Below are positions 61,708-64,000 of a DNA stretch of 64,000 bases, piece by piece. The stretch is from a virus. Both the position numbers and the translations under genes were made by a program. The notes under the pieces were generated by a model. The model did not search any database and was not told the origin of the DNA. It saw only the letters and a program-made list of their open reading frames with translations. The stretch is taken from the IMG/VR virus record IMGVR_UViG_3300036399_001951, positions 32,001 through 96,000 of that record. One strand, 5' to 3'. Each line of letters begins with the position of its first letter. Position 1 is the first letter of the stretch.

Positions 61708-63930
61708 TTAAAGAGATCCAAATGCTCTTAATTGCTCTTGGAATGTTTCTGAGAATGGCTTCATAATTAAATTAATTTTTCTAGCTTTATCTTCAGTTGT
61801 TCTACCTGCTTTAAAATCTTCTGAGATTTTATATAATTGTCCTACACTTTTAGCAAAATTAGGAGCAACCTCAGCTGTATTAGCGACTGCAGTTGCTAAT
61901 AAACCTACATCTTTAACTTTCTTGGTTTCCCATAATTCCTGAATCCATTTACACCAGTATAAAGTTCCTTGTACTTTAAGTGTATCATCTGAATCTTGAA
62001 TATATGAAGTAATTAAACTCAATATTGCTTGTAATTCAGAAGTTTCTTTAACCGGAGGTATATCAGAAAGAGGTCTAGGAAGACTCGGATCTTTAAAAAT
62101 ATTTTCTATTTTTTCATATAGAGTACCGTTGTCATCTGTATATTTAGCGATAATTTTAACCCAGCTTAAAAACTCTTGAGCTGCTGATCGGCCGATAATT
62201 CTACCTAAAGTAGTTCCAATATCATATCTACCATCTTCATCCATCAATGCATATTTAAATGCGCCAGATACCTTCATATTAGGTTCAGTCGCATCAGGTA
62301 CTTGATTTAAGTATTTAGGATCCATTAAGATTTGACTTGAAATCTGAGCCCATGCAACTGTCCAGCTTCTAGGGTTTGGATATCCAAAGAAAACTCCTTC
62401 TTCTGCGGCTTCAGCTTTAGATTTATCTAAGAAATAAAATGCTTTAAAATCAGTTTTAATCGGCTCTCCTTTTCTATCGAAGTATTCAACCTTAGCTGGC
62501 GTGCCATCTATTGTTCTCAGGTAACTTAAAAATTCTTGAGGTATGAAATATTGTTCAGATCCATCAATCATTAGAGGGGCTCCTTGTGATCCCTGTCTCA
62601 TTATACCATTCTTAGGACTTCTAGCAACTTGCTCAATCCAATTTTGAATAGTTGGAACTAGGTGGAAATGACCTCCTGTAAATCGGCTACCTACTGCAGC
62701 TTCTAATTCAGTAACTGGACCATCTGATCTACGGTTACCTGCTGCCATTACTCTCCATCCCCATGGCATAGTATATCTTCCACTTGCAGTTTGTCTATCT
62801 AACAATAGGGTAAGAGAAGCTCCTAGCATCATAGGATCAGCACGGTTAATCTCATCAAAGAATAGGATTCCTTCTTCAGCGTCTGCCTCTCCTGGCAACC
62901 ATCCTGGAATTGTCTGTTCCTGACTAATTTTACCTCTCATTGAAGCAGGTAGGATAACTTTATCAGTTCCTGAAAGATCTCCTAAATCTAATTCTTCTCC
63001 TGGTTTATCTTGATATATTTTTGCTTTCTCAACTGATCCGGTTTGAAATAGTAGAGGAACTCCACCTAAATCAGTCGGAGTAAAGTTAGCTAATGTAACC
63101 ACCATTACCGGAAGACCTTGTTTTAATCCCTTCTGATTAGCAATAAGTTGAGCTACTGATCTTACAATAGCAGTTTTACCAATACCTGGAGCTCCCCAGA
63201 TCATTGGCATATATCTACCGCCGTCGTCATTATAGATTCTAACTAGCTGTCTAATTAGTTCATCCGGGGTATATACTTCAACTTCGCTCTTTCCAGAACT
63301 AGGTGGAGCAACTGCTCCTGAAGCATCCATAGTTGCTTCAAATATACTTTTAACATATTTAAATTTTCTACTCTCAAATGAAGCCAGTTCAGGTTCTCCT
63401 AATAGTTCTTCCATTCCTTGAGAAGATCCACCTTGAGGTAGATCCATCATTTCTGGTTTTTCTAATTTGGTGCCTTGTTTAGCATAATCCGATCCTCCAG
63501 ATACTAATTCTGGGAAAAAGTTTTGAAGTATTTCTTCTTGAAGAGGATCTGACCATTCCATCCATGCTGGTTTCATTCCTAATTTTATAGCCTTATTTGA
63601 GTTTATTCTCCATGCACCTTTACCGATATACCATTCTCCAACTCTTCTAAGTTCTCCTTTATCGACACCTGCAGATTTTCTAGCTTCCCATGCATCTTGC
63701 AAATATTTTAAAGCAGATTCACCTGATGTAACTAGTTGTTTTCCCTTAGATATTGCCTCTGGACTAGATGACTTTTCCATCAATTCATCTGCATATCTTT
63801 GCATCTTTTGTGCAGATTCTTGAGACCCATCATGGTGTAATAGAAGACCCATATTACTTGAATCAATAGACCTAACTGCCTCGAACATCGGCATCTGGCT
63901 ATAATCTAAAAAGTTTTTTAAAAATTTCAT
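61708..63930 (-). CDS. MoxR-like AAA+ ATPase with tagged N-terminal extension
   Basis: WGAPGIGKT (Walker A), LFFDEINRA (Walker B), VMAAGNR, SRF, PNPRSW. Confidence 0.85.
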   Translation of the reverse strand: MKFLKNFLDYSQMPMFEAVRSIDSSNMGLLLHHDGSQESAQKMQRYADELMEKSSSPEAISKGKQLVTSGESALKYLQDAWEARKSAGVDKGELRRVGEWYIGKGAWRINSNKAIKLGMKPAWMEWSDPLQEEILQNFFPELVSGGSDYAKQGTKLEKPEMMDLPQGGSSQGMEELLGEPELASFESRKFKYVKSIFEATMDASGAVAPPSSGKSEVEVYTPDELIRQLVRIYNDDGGRYMPMIWGAPGIGKTAIVRSVAQLIANQKGLKQGLPVMVVTLANFTPTDLGGVPLLFQTGSVEKAKIYQDKPGEELDLGDLSGTDKVILPASMRGKISQEQTIPGWLPGEADAEEGILFFDEINRADPMMLGASLTLLLDRQTASGRYTMPWGWRVMAAGNRRSDGPVTELEAAVGSRFTGGHFHLVPTIQNWIEQVARSPKNGIMRQGSQGAPLMIDGSEQYFIPQEFLSYLRTIDGTPAKVEYFDRKGEPIKTDFKAFYFLDKSKAEAAEEGVFFGYPNPRSWTVAWAQISSQILMDPKYLNQVPDATEPNMKVSGAFKYALMDEDGRYDIGTTLGRIIGRSAAQEFLSWVKIIAKYTDDNGTLYEKIENIFKDPSLPRPLSDIPPVKETSELQAILSLITSYIQDSDDTLKVQGTLYWCKWIQELWETKKVKDVGLLATAVANTAEVAPNFAKSVGQLYKISEDFKAGRTTEDKARKINLIMKPFSETFQEQLRAFGSL

Positions 63931-64000
63931 TGTAGTGATTTATTTTAATTATTTATCTATGTTTATTAAACATATTTGTATCTAAGAAGATTCCAATCTT

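Overview
This AT-rich, densely coding window comes from a large T4-like (myovirus-type) phage genome. The host is probably a Bacteroidota member: the window carries a Bacteroidota-type bS21 and a DUF4494-like gene, and starts are preceded by A-rich leaders without Shine-Dalgarno motifs. It holds the morphogenesis region (gp14/gp15-like neck, gp3-like tail completion, gp6-like wedge, small and large terminase, gp26/gp51-like hub or chaperone pair) and four collagen-like fibre genes that face a glycosyltransferase-methyltransferase pair. It also encodes an ECF-type sigma factor, a T4 beta-glucosyltransferase homolog, an ATP-dependent DNA ligase, a NUDIX hydrolase and a MoxR-like AAA ATPase. Four observations stand out. 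(1) About 16 unrelated proteins share a short N-terminal tag resembling the T4 capsid-targeting sequence, suggesting a large packaged-and-ejected cargo set. That set includes a standalone cyanophycin-synthetase hydrolase domain, an annexin-like membrane protein, a triple peptidoglycan hydrolase and a degenerate ATP-grasp protein. (2) A GC-enriched 270-nt cassette at 47.5-47.8 kb folds into a six-way junction RNA between its own promoter and terminator. (3) A probable virion glycosylation system resembles spore BclA loci. (4) There is a candidate programmed frameshift in the tail chaperone pair. All family calls come from motifs recognised by eye, not from database searches.
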